Shown in pieces: positions 39,822 through 48,985 of a stretch of 64,000 nucleotides of DNA. The stretch spans positions 911,672 through 975,671 of the forward strand of contig CAVXLD010000003.1 in assembly GCA_963762565.1 (NCBI GenBank), in the 5' to 3' direction. How positions within the stretch are numbered: the stretch's first letter is position 1; every line of letters starts with the position of its first letter. This stretch comes from an uncultured Verrucomicrobiae bacterium (GTDB lineage: Bacteria; Verrucomicrobiota; Verrucomicrobiia; Chthoniobacterales; JAFAMB01). The position numbers and the translations under genes are program-made. The notes beneath the pieces were generated by a model. That model did not search any database. It was not told the origin of the DNA and worked only from the letters and a program-made list of their open reading frames with translations.

Positions 39822-40129
39822 GCGGCCCTTACTAAAGCAGGGGATAAGAAAGTTCAATAGAGAGAAGGAGCTGGGAGGCGCGTGTGGGCGTGTCGGCGTG
39901 CTTTTTCGTGCTTCCGCCTTCGCAAAGCCTACGGCGCGACAGGCCGTGCTCGAAGTTTGTTATGAGTCGGAGTAAATAGGCTCCGCGTACCATGGTCGAC
40001 CGATTCAACAAATGCACATCAGCGGCCTGAGGACGGGCTTTCAAAGAAGATTCGGTCGTTGTGGCCTTCGTGTTAATTTTCTGTTCTCTTTCGATGAAAC
40101 TTTCAAACCAGCAGTCGGGATAGCTTGAT

Positions 40130-40747
40130 ATGCACGCGATGTTATCGTGGACGAACAATGAGCCGGGTCTCTCGAATCGGCTGAAGAGAAAGTTTCTATT
40201 ACCGCTTCTTTTGGCGACGACTGTTGTCCTTCCCAGCCTGGCCAGATGCGAGCAAACGGACGACGAACTCATTGTTCCTGGTAAACGGATCGGCGAGTGG
40301 CGCCTGGGCGCGAATGCCCAAAATCCGGAGCCGACCCTGGCTCTGCCGGACTGGTCGATTTACATCCGCTTCAAACATAGACCCGGCGTACGAGCCAGGC
40401 TTCGTCCAACCACAATCGCAGTACATAAAGTGAGCAACCGTTCCCTTGGAGTTGAACCAGCGGACGGATTTACCGTGGATCTGATCTACGTTGATGGCGG
40501 CGCTTATCATACTGCCAACGGCTACACCATCTATTCTGACCAGGAACTTGGGCGCTTGTATCCGCAAGCAACGCCGTCATCAGAGAACCCAAAAATCTAT
40601 GACGATAAGAAGCAAGGCATCGCGTTCGAGTTTGGCGCTGATGCCTTCGCTAAATCTTGTGTTGGGATAATGGTGCATCTCCCCGGAAAACCGGCTTTTG
40701 CGACTCTGGATCAAGTGATGGAATTCCGTAAGAAGGCCGGGTATTAG
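40130..40747 (+). CDS. Hypothetical secreted protein
   Basis: Hydrophobic N-terminus; LIVPGKRIG..LG and YDDKKQGIAFEF; start uncertain. Confidence 0.6.
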   Translation: MHAMLSWTNNEPGLSNRLKRKFLLPLLLATTVVLPSLARCEQTDDELIVPGKRIGEWRLGANAQNPEPTLALPDWSIYIRFKHRPGVRARLRPTTIAVHKVSNRSLGVEPADGFTVDLIYVDGGAYHTANGYTIYSDQELGRLYPQATPSSENPKIYDDKKQGIAFEFGADAFAKSCVGIMVHLPGKPAFATLDQVMEFRKKAGY

Positions 40748-40802
40748 GGTTCGCAGTTCGCGGTTTGCGGTTCGCCGTTCAGCGGAGTCGAAGCGGTTCG
40801 CG

Positions 40803-41237
40803 CTACTTTCGTAGCGGAACCAGCGCGGAAAGTCTCGGTTCACGCAGGTAAAGTCCCACCCAGAGCAGCATCGCAAAGTAGACCGGGGACAGGACATGGG
40901 AGAAGAATGGGTCGCCATGCCGTAAGTGTGAGGCGACGGCCCCTCCCAGGTACCCGGTCAATAATATCGCTCCGAATACAGACGTCTGTGGGATGATATA
41001 TAGAATGACACAAATCAATACGACGATCCCAAGGCCGAAAATAACATCTTCCGGATAACCGAGCTCAACCGTCGCTTTCACCACAAAGTCCGGTTTCATT
41101 ATTTTCATGATACCGTCCATGAGCAGAAAGAGCGCAGGTAACGCGCTGAGAATTCTACCAGTCCAAAGTCTTCCTTTGGAGACAGAGCGTGGAGATGTTG
41201 GATCTTTAACTAACAAACTATCATTTGCTGAATTCAT
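40803..41237 (-). CDS. DoxX family membrane protein
   Basis: GRILSAL..FLLMDGIMK..LGYP..GAILLTGYLGGAVASH. Confidence 0.9.
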   Translation of the reverse strand: MNSANDSLLVKDPTSPRSVSKGRLWTGRILSALPALFLLMDGIMKIMKPDFVVKATVELGYPEDVIFGLGIVVLICVILYIIPQTSVFGAILLTGYLGGAVASHLRHGDPFFSHVLSPVYFAMLLWVGLYLREPRLSALVPLRK

Positions 41238-41269
41238 TGTTCTAGTTGGCGTGTGATGATTTTCACACA

Positions 41270-41299
41270 TACAACGAACGAAACAGGCCGTTGAGGACA
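41270..41299 (-). promoter_or_regulatory. Possible ECF promoter TGTCCT-N17-CGTTGTA
   Basis: Same -10 heptamer as the YncE promoters, different -35. Confidence 0.4.
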
Positions 41300-41530
41300 G
41301 CGTTTGCTTGTCTTCGAGTTTGATTTTTTTACTAGCCCTGGTTCACCATTCCCGGCGGGGAACTTGCCAGGCTCGATTGCGACCACCTCAGAATAGAAGA
41401 AAGAATGCTCCTTAAGTACCTTTAACCTGCTACGCGAGTGCTTTTTCGGACTTGGGGCAGTACTCCAAAACTCCCGCACTCCATTACTCTGACGTGGCTT
41501 CGAAAATGTGGACAGGTATCGGATCCGGTT

Positions 41531-41760
41531 TTGTCCCGAAGGGACTTTACGATGGTAGCCAGGCATGAAATGCCTGGGAACGCATCCCAGGCGACCCGTC
41601 CCGGAGGGTACGGTATGATCGCTCGGCGAGGCTCTACTATTGTCTTAGCCGTGGACAAAACCTGCCCCTCGGATCATACCGTTCCCTTCGGGACGGACCT
41701 GTTTGCCGATTACCCAGGCATTTCATGCCTGGCTACCTTCATTTAGTCCCTCCGGGCCAA
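41531..41760. repeat. ~230-bp long imperfect inverted repeat (REP/MITE-like)
   Basis: ggtagccaggcatgaaatgcctggg..cggtatgatc ... gatcataccg..cccaggcatttcatgcctggctacc. Confidence 0.8.
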
Positions 41761-41966
41761 TAACCTGACACCTGTCCACGTTTTTGACTCCACATCGCTT
41801 CGCGTGGCCGGATTCGACGACAGCGACTCGACTGAGCTCGCCGAAGTCCTGTCCGACGAAGCCTATGCTCTATGTTGCCAACCGCTCGAAGTCGGCCTCG
41901 CAAGCGAGGCGCGCTCCACAACTAGGGAGCTGGCGAAGTAGGAAGGACGAGAACGAAGCTCCTGTC

Positions 41967-43568
41967 TTATTCAACTGCAAAGATACCAAACGAGACAGGG
42001 GCCATCTCTAAGCGGCCATTATGGAGAACCGTGCGCTCGGTCAGCAATGGACGCAGCGTACCAAGTTCAATCTTTTCTTCCAAATCAGCCGCACAAGCTC
42101 GTGCTGCTGGATTAATCGCGACCACTATGCGCTCGTCGGTCCCCTCACGCAGGTAAACAAATGGGTACCGATTTTCCTCCCCATACAGGGCCCGAAAGGG
42201 CGCCGGGTTGGCAAGCGCAGGATGCTCACGACGCAGTTTCAGCAATGCGCGGGTAAAATTCAGCAGGGATCCGGGATCGTTTTCCTGAGTTGCAGCATCC
42301 GGCCGAGAGTCGGATGGATCGATCGGCAGATAAAGCTTTTCCGCGGGTGCAGTTGAAAAGCCGGCGTTCCTTTCCTTAGACCACTGCATCGGGGTCCGTG
42401 AACCGCAACGCTGGATATTATCGAGTAAACCCCCTTCTTTGTTTGGCGAATCAGGCAAAAACTTCATGCCAATCTCGTCGCCGTAGTAGATGCAAGGTAC
42501 GCCGGGCATGGTTAGCAACATGGCAAAGATAGTGCGCACTTGCTGTGTATCTCGTCCCCAGGTTGCTCGCGGCATATCGTGATTGCCCGTCGGAAGTGAA
42601 ATATAACCGTGAGATTTACTCGCGATGTAATGCTTAAGATAATTACCCAGAAAGGCCTGAATGTTGCCTCCCCCAGCCCGTTCGAAAAAAGCCGCCGGCT
42701 TGCGTCCGTCTCCTTCCACCTGCGATTTGGGGCCAAGGAGGAACGCATAAGCGGGCTCGCCAAACTGCAGCAGAAAGTCGATATGAAACCCGGCTGGAAC
42801 CGAAATGGCAGGATTACTCCATTCAGAAATTAGGACCGCTTCCGGATGCTCCTGGTCGAGCCAACCGCGATAATAATTCCAAAGTGCGGTGATTGCCTGA
42901 TGGTCCGGGTCGTTGCGAATCAGCGAGGCTGCCAGATCGACTCGAAAACCGTCGGCGCCCGCATCCAACCAGAATTTCATGATGTTTTTGAGCTCCTCGC
43001 GCACACTGATACAGGCAGGATCTGTAGTGGAAAGTTGCCAAGGCGCCTTTGGATTGGCGTACCCGTAGTTGAGCGCCGGTTGGAAATGAAAAAAATTCGG
43101 TAGATACCGCTCGGGCCGGCGATCTTGCCCGGGATAGGGTTGGGAGCCGGTAACATTCTCCCCAGGCGGCGTCCAGATATACCAGTTTGAGTATCGATTA
43201 GGCCAGTCGAGCGCAGACTCTTGGAACCAATGACTCAGCACGGAGGTATGGCCGGCGACCAAGTCGAGACAGACCCGAAGGCCGCGCTGATGAGCCTCGG
43301 CACAAAGCTTCTTGAAATCCTCGTTTGTGCCATATCGGGGAGCGACCCTGTAAAAATCGGCAATATCATAGCCGGCATCACCAAACGGGGACTCGAAGAT
43401 CGGGTTCAACCAAACGGTGTTACAACCGATAGAACGGATGTAATCGAGCTTTTGGGTGATACCGGGCAAATCGCCGATGCCGTCGCCATTAGAATCGTAA
43501 AAGCTTTGAGGATAGACTTGATAGAATACAGCGGTTTGAAGCCAGCTTGGTCCGGGTGGAACTGCCAT
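41967..43568 (-). CDS. GH13 alpha-amylase family glycosidase (alpha-glucosidase-like)
   Basis: YPQSFYDSNGDGIGDL, GYDIADF, DGFRVDLA, NHD, YYGDEIGM, RTPMQW. Confidence 0.93.
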   Translation of the reverse strand: MAVPPGPSWLQTAVFYQVYPQSFYDSNGDGIGDLPGITQKLDYIRSIGCNTVWLNPIFESPFGDAGYDIADFYRVAPRYGTNEDFKKLCAEAHQRGLRVCLDLVAGHTSVLSHWFQESALDWPNRYSNWYIWTPPGENVTGSQPYPGQDRRPERYLPNFFHFQPALNYGYANPKAPWQLSTTDPACISVREELKNIMKFWLDAGADGFRVDLAASLIRNDPDHQAITALWNYYRGWLDQEHPEAVLISEWSNPAISVPAGFHIDFLLQFGEPAYAFLLGPKSQVEGDGRKPAAFFERAGGGNIQAFLGNYLKHYIASKSHGYISLPTGNHDMPRATWGRDTQQVRTIFAMLLTMPGVPCIYYGDEIGMKFLPDSPNKEGGLLDNIQRCGSRTPMQWSKERNAGFSTAPAEKLYLPIDPSDSRPDAATQENDPGSLLNFTRALLKLRREHPALANPAPFRALYGEENRYPFVYLREGTDERIVVAINPAARACAADLEEKIELGTLRPLLTERTVLHNGRLEMAPVSFGIFAVE

Positions 43569-43842
43569 AAAAGTCGGTAAATCTCACGCAAAGACCCAAT
43601 GCCCGCAACGCTTCGCGTAGCGATGCGGGCGCGGCGCCAAGACGCAAAGATCGGAAATTGAACAGAACAACACAGCGCGGCATAGACCACACCGAACACA
43701 AGGAATTTCCACGAGAGACAGCAAAGGAAAATTTCACAGCAAAGGTCGCAAAGACGGATTTTCAGGCTCACATCTCGTGCGGGATCCGCGATCGGCTATT
43801 GGCTATTGGCTATTCGCGAACGAGCTTCAGGCGAGTTCGCGC

Positions 43843-44415
43843 ATGCCGTCCTACACAACAACCCGCGTCATTGAAGGTGTCCGTAGTCATTCTCCGGTGC
43901 CTGACTCGACCGCGGGGCTGAAGCCGGCGGCGGTAATCGTCCCGATTCAAGATGTAGGTGGAGAGCATTATCTAACCCTGATTGAGCGTGCGGCAACGCC
44001 TGGCCCTCATGCCGGAGAGATCGCATTTCCGGGCGGAAACATAAAGGGTGAAGATCAAGACGCTTTAGACGCGGCTTTGCGAGAACTCGAAGAGGAGATT
44101 GGAGTTGGTCGCGAAAACGTACAGATCATTGGGCAACTCGACCAAGTCGTCGTCGCGTTCCGATACCTGGTCACACCGTTTGTTGGGATGTTGATGTCCC
44201 CTGTCAAGTTCAGGCCTAACGTAAAAGAAGTCAGCGCGGTTCTTTCCGTACCGGTATCAGCTCTGCTCGAGCATGATTGTTTCACCGCTGTGCCCAGAAC
44301 AGACGGAAAGCAGGGTTTTATCTATCATTATCGTTATCAATCCTTCGATATCTGGGGGGCCACTGCGAGAATTCTTAAGCAGCTACTGGAGCTGGGGTAC
44401 GGCCAGCGCTATTAG
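43843..44415 (+). CDS. Nudix CoA pyrophosphatase (NudL-like)
   Basis: HAGEIAFPGG, ALRELEEEIG, IWGATA. Confidence 0.9.
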   Translation: MPSYTTTRVIEGVRSHSPVPDSTAGLKPAAVIVPIQDVGGEHYLTLIERAATPGPHAGEIAFPGGNIKGEDQDALDAALRELEEEIGVGRENVQIIGQLDQVVVAFRYLVTPFVGMLMSPVKFRPNVKEVSAVLSVPVSALLEHDCFTAVPRTDGKQGFIYHYRYQSFDIWGATARILKQLLELGYGQRY

Positions 44416-44671
44416 CGCGCCGGCCGATTAACTGATAGCAAGGGAATGACAGATGACAAATGACAGATTACAAAAGGCCGCGCGCTCCCGTCTCCCGCCT
44501 CTCACCTCTCACTTCTCACGTCTCACCTCCCAGTGAGTCCCAGAATGAGAAAGGCGAATATCAATTTGAGACGATAATTTACGTCGGTCCCCGGTTTCCC
44601 CTGCGAAAACCGCGGCAAGATAGAGTTCAACTGCCTTTGGCATAATTTGTGCACCTCGGACCACGAGTTCC

Positions 44672-47101
44672 ATGAACCTATTCCAAGATTTACGATTCGC
44701 TTTCAGACAGCTACGCCATGCTCCCGGCTTTACGTTTACGGCGGTCGTGATTCTGGCGTTGGGGATCGCCGCTAACGTGATCGTTTTTGGCGCTCTGCAG
44801 GGATTAATTCTACGACCGTTAAACGTGCCGCATCCGGATCAGGTGATGCAGCTGGCCCGAGAGACTAACGCCTATCCGATTTTCAGTTATCCGGAAGTAC
44901 GCGATGTCCGTGACAATAACACGGTGTTTTCCGGGGTCGGCGCGGTTTCTATCTACAACGTAGGCCTGGAAGTGGATGGTGTCTCTCGACCGGTCTGGAC
45001 CTATGAGGTGAGCGGGCAATACTTCGAAGTCACCGGCATCAACCCGTTCCTAGGCCGTCTACTGCAACCCGCTGATGATGTCCATCCCGGCGCTTCTGAT
45101 GCGGTCGTGCTGAGCTGGCCGGCATGGAAAAGCTATTTCGGCGCTGATCCTAACATCATCGGTAAGAAGGTTCGTATTAACAAGCGATCTTATACCGTGG
45201 TTGGAGTTGCTCCCGAGGGTTTCTACGGGACGGAGAAATTTTTTCAGCCTGATATTTTCTTGCCCCTGGCCAACAAAGGATCAACCGAGGGTGCCGATAC
45301 GCTTGAAGATCGCCGCGTACGGAGCGAGACAGCGATCGTACGTATCAAAGACGGCGCCGGCCTGCCGCAAGCGGAAGCCGAACTGAAGACGATCGTCGAT
45401 CGGATAAAGCGGCAGTACCCGGCTGAGGAAGATGCTCTGGTACTGCGATTGGTTCGTCCTGGATTCGCCGGTGAGTTTCTGGGGGGACCAATAAACGGTT
45501 TTTTGACCGGGATGATGGTGCTAGCCGGGATCGTGTTGTTAGCCGCCTGCGCGAATCTTGGCGGTTTATTCGCGTTGCGGACACTTGACCGCACCCGCGA
45601 GATTGCGATTCGTATCGCCATCGGATCTAGCCGGTGGCGCATTTTTCGGCAACTTTTGGTGGAGGCTTTGTTGATTTCAATCATCGCGGGCGCCTGCGCT
45701 TGCTTGCTGGCGTGGCTGGCGTTAACCGGGTTGGCTAACTGGCACCCGCCTACTCCATTTCCTTTCATGTTTCTGGTAGTACCCCAGCCGTCTTTGATAG
45801 CGGCGGCATTGCTGATTTCGATCGTGGCCGCGGTTCTATTCGGGCTCATGCCCTTGCGACAGATCTTCAAGACCGATCCGAATGAAGCGATTAAGACTAC
45901 CGGTAGCCGAGCTTCTACCCGCCGGGGTTGGACGCGGGACCTGTTGTTAACGGCTCAAATCGCTCTTTGTTGTATCACAGTGACGGCTGCCTTTGTCTCG
46001 CTGCGCGGGCTGTCTAGAGCAATGAACATGGACGTCGGATTCAATCCAGCTAACACCGTTAGGACCGAATTCGATTTGGGTTGGGCCGCTTACAATGGCG
46101 ATGCGGCAGCACATTTCCAACGAGAATTGCTCGACCGCGTTTCTCGCCTTCCAGGCGTGCAAGCAGCCGGCTACACAAATGCTACCCCGCTGTCGCTCGA
46201 GGTGAACACGACCGCTATCTACTCGGATACGACAACCGAGTTCAAGGACTCCAACATGATTGACAACGCCTTCATGTATAGTCTTTCACCCGGCTATTTG
46301 AGCGCCGCCGGAACAGCCTTGCTGGCCGGACGTGACCTGAGCTTTCTCGACACTCCACAGACGTCGCCAGTTGCGGTTGTAAACCGCCAGTTCGCGCGCG
46401 AAGTGTTCCACTCCGAAGATGTTATCGGCCGCTATTTCAAACGCGCCGACGGTAAACCAATCCAGATCGTTGGCTTGGTAGCTGATGGAAGATATCTGAC
46501 ACTCAGCGAAGATCCGGCGGCAGCGGTGTTCTTGCCGATCTCGCAACAACCGCAAACCAGCACAGTTCTGATTGTGCGAACCCAGCCCGCCGATGCGAAC
46601 ACCGAAATGGCCGCCACGATTCGCAAAGTGATCCGGGAGCTCGACCCGGCTGTACCGATCCTTGTTTCCGGCTCGTGGACTAACCAACTGGGCCTTTCAA
46701 TGTTTCCGTCTCAAATCGCGACCGTCGCCCTCAGTCTGTTTGGTGTTTTCGGTTTGCTGTTGTCGGTCACCGGAACTTTTAGTGTTGCTTCCTATACTGT
46801 CGGTAGACGGTTACGTGAGCTCAGCATTCGGGTTGCCCTCGGTGCACGCGGCAGACAAATTCTATGGGCTGCACTCGGCCGTATGCTGACGTTGCTGGCG
46901 TGCGGATCGGTCGTCGGGATTCTACTAGGGGTGGCCGGCAGCCAAATCCTCTCAGCCATTGTTTACCAAGCGTCGGCCCAAGACCCATTCGTGCTTTTAG
47001 CTGTGGCCGCAACGGTGCTCGTCACCGGAATCTTGTCGGTCGCTAGCCCGGTGCGCCGAGCGCTGTATGTCGATCCAGCACGGTTACTCCGCGAGGAGTA
47101 G
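44672..47101 (+). CDS. Duplicated MacB/FtsX-type ABC permease (ADOP-like)
   Basis: QDLRFAFRQL..PGF, LAACANL, REIAIRIAIG, RELSIRVALGA, RRALYVDP..LR. Confidence 0.92.
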   Translation: MNLFQDLRFAFRQLRHAPGFTFTAVVILALGIAANVIVFGALQGLILRPLNVPHPDQVMQLARETNAYPIFSYPEVRDVRDNNTVFSGVGAVSIYNVGLEVDGVSRPVWTYEVSGQYFEVTGINPFLGRLLQPADDVHPGASDAVVLSWPAWKSYFGADPNIIGKKVRINKRSYTVVGVAPEGFYGTEKFFQPDIFLPLANKGSTEGADTLEDRRVRSETAIVRIKDGAGLPQAEAELKTIVDRIKRQYPAEEDALVLRLVRPGFAGEFLGGPINGFLTGMMVLAGIVLLAACANLGGLFALRTLDRTREIAIRIAIGSSRWRIFRQLLVEALLISIIAGACACLLAWLALTGLANWHPPTPFPFMFLVVPQPSLIAAALLISIVAAVLFGLMPLRQIFKTDPNEAIKTTGSRASTRRGWTRDLLLTAQIALCCITVTAAFVSLRGLSRAMNMDVGFNPANTVRTEFDLGWAAYNGDAAAHFQRELLDRVSRLPGVQAAGYTNATPLSLEVNTTAIYSDTTTEFKDSNMIDNAFMYSLSPGYLSAAGTALLAGRDLSFLDTPQTSPVAVVNRQFAREVFHSEDVIGRYFKRADGKPIQIVGLVADGRYLTLSEDPAAAVFLPISQQPQTSTVLIVRTQPADANTEMAATIRKVIRELDPAVPILVSGSWTNQLGLSMFPSQIATVALSLFGVFGLLLSVTGTFSVASYTVGRRLRELSIRVALGARGRQILWAALGRMLTLLACGSVVGILLGVAGSQILSAIVYQASAQDPFVLLAVAATVLVTGILSVASPVRRALYVDPARLLREE

Positions 47102-47313
47102 GGTGGAGCGACACCGTGGAGCGTGCCTCGCTTGCGAGGCCGATGGAGAGCAGGGCGAATGGCGCGAAACATCCGAGACCCATCTGCGCTCTACCTCATA
47201 TGATCTCGAACGCCGTTTCGGCGCGGGGGTGGCGTTCGCGTCCGTCAGATTTCAGGCCCAGCCATAGAGCACAGACGTCACCTCAAAAGTACCTCGCAAT
47301 TTCTCTTTGTTCA

Positions 47314-47556
47314 CCGTCGGCCTCGCGAGCGAGGCACGCTCCAGGGGTGGCGACCCCGTCGGCCTCGCAAGCGAGGCACGCTCCACGGGTGGCGACCCCG
47401 TCGGCCTCGCAAGCGAGGCACGCTCCACGGGTGGCGACCCCATCGGCCTCGCAAGCGAGGCACGCTCCACGGGTGGCGACCCCGTCGGCCTCGCAAGCGA
47501 GGCACGCTCCACGGGTGGCGACCCCGTCGGCCTCGCAAGCGAGGCAGCGCTCCTCC
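47314..47556. repeat. 42-bp tandem REP-like repeat, 5 full units plus a partial
   Basis: ccgtcggcctcgcaagcgaggcacgctccacgggtggcgacc at 47314, 47356, 47398, 47440, 47482, 47524; dispersed copies near 47116, 48735, 48890, 59180-59530 and 63790-64000. Confidence 0.93.
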
Positions 47557-47690
47557 GTAAGAGCCAGAGGCTTGTTCGCGCAACGTTTGCGGCCATTGAG
47601 ACGCAAACCGGCGTTGTTGCCCGATTCTGTCGTTCATTGCGCTCCGACGACAAAACCAATCACAAGGATTTTGAGGGAGGAAAAGTAGAA

Positions 47691-47948
47691 ATGGACCCGA
47701 TGAATAGCATTTGGTACTACACAGAGTTTCAACGGCAATTGGGGGAGCGATCATCGCCCCAAGACTTCGGAGAGACTCCGTCGAGCTCAGTTGAGCCACT
47801 CAGTCGAGGTGCTCTTGCCAAGCCGGATGTCCGGCCTGGCGGATCCCAAAGAGACTGGCTTATCGATCTCGGCCTGCCCGTCCTCGTATTTGTTGCAGTG
47901 ATTTGCTTTGGCCTGCTTTGCTTTTTGTTTCCAACGTTTCTGAATTAG
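47691..47948 (+). CDS. Small membrane protein
   Basis: GGAGG RBS, ATG 47691, C-terminal TM helix. Confidence 0.55.
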   Translation: MDPMNSIWYYTEFQRQLGERSSPQDFGETPSSSVEPLSRGALAKPDVRPGGSQRDWLIDLGLPVLVFVAVICFGLLCFLFPTFLN

Positions 47949-48018
47949 GGTTTGACCCTTGTTCTGTTCGAGTGTTTGGGCAATCGGTACCGGGCATTTC
48001 CAGCTACCCACTACACCT

Positions 48019-48450
48019 ATGAATCTTCGTTTGACGCATTGCTTGATATTATTGAGTGCAACTCTCTGGCCAGGTCCCTGTGCGGTAATGGCGAAAGAGC
48101 CGCAGGTTGCGGTAGAGCAACTATTGCAATCGACGAAATCCTGGGACGGAACGGTCTATAAAGGTTATCCGACTGGACAGCCTCAAGTGACGGTACTGCG
48201 GATCAAGATTCCGCCACACACATCGTTACATTGGCATTATCACCCAGTTATCAGCGTTGGCTACATTCTTTCCGGCCAACTCACCGTGGAAAAGAGGGAG
48301 ACCGGTGAACACATAACGGTCCGGACTGGCGAGGTTCTGCCGGAAACAGTCGGCACTACCCATCGAGGTTTCACGACAGAGAGCCCAGTCGAGCTGATCG
48401 TCTTCTACGCCGGGCAAGCCGGAACGCCAATTACTGTGCAGCGGGACTGA
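48019..48450 (+). CDS. Secreted cupin-domain protein
   Basis: LHWHYHP..GYILSGQL..E..GTTHRG. Confidence 0.88.
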   Translation: MNLRLTHCLILLSATLWPGPCAVMAKEPQVAVEQLLQSTKSWDGTVYKGYPTGQPQVTVLRIKIPPHTSLHWHYHPVISVGYILSGQLTVEKRETGEHITVRTGEVLPETVGTTHRGFTTESPVELIVFYAGQAGTPITVQRD

Positions 48451-48566
48451 GGGCGCGAAGGGAAAAGGAGTTCAGGAGTTCGGGAGTTGCAGGAGTTCAG
48501 GAGGAAAGACGATCATATTACATAACATCTCCTGCTTATGTTATTACTACGTAATATTAGCCCGGG

Positions 48567-48722
48567 ATGAATAGACCAGCACAGTCATTTCGTGATCTGA
48601 TCGTTTGGCAGAAAGCCCACGAGTTTGTGCTTCGCACTTACGAGCTTACCAAGCAACTCGACTGGGCTGAGGTGCATGCGTTGCAGGCAGCGGGCGGTAC
48701 GGACGTGAGAAGTGAGAGGTGA
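48567..48722 (+). pseudogene. Truncated four-helix-bundle protein (TIGR02436 / '23S rRNA IVS protein' family)
   Basis: Manual translation MNRPAQSFRDLIVWQKAHEFVLRTYELTKQL then unrelated sequence; absent from the ORF track. Confidence 0.8.
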
Positions 48723-48985
48723 GAGGTGGACGCCGTGGAGCGTGCCTGGCTTGCGAGGCCGACGGTGAGCAAGGGAACATCGTGAGGTACACCTAAGTTC
48801 TGTCAGCGCTATATGTCGCGACCCGTAGTTCGTCCCGCCAAGCAGGACGGCCTGACGATCGGCCTGCCCCATCCTCCGCCCTGGTAACCACGGCCTCGCA
48901 AGCGAGGCAACGCTCCAGGGTTCCGACCGAATCGGCCTCGCAAGCGAGGCACGCTCCACGGCTGGCGCCGATCACTTCTCACTAA

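Noticed and set aside
47314..47556. CRISPR array
   Set aside because: Units are contiguous and near-identical with no unique spacers; no cas genes; the same motif is dispersed as REPs
47116..47799. Overlapping ORFs with repeated peptides (ERASLARP, GACLACEAD)
   Set aside because: Translations of REP repeats; only 47691-47948 looks like a gene
48567..48722. Diversity-generating retroelement (Avd-like protein)
   Set aside because: No reverse transcriptase and no TR/VR pair with adenine-specific mismatches in the window
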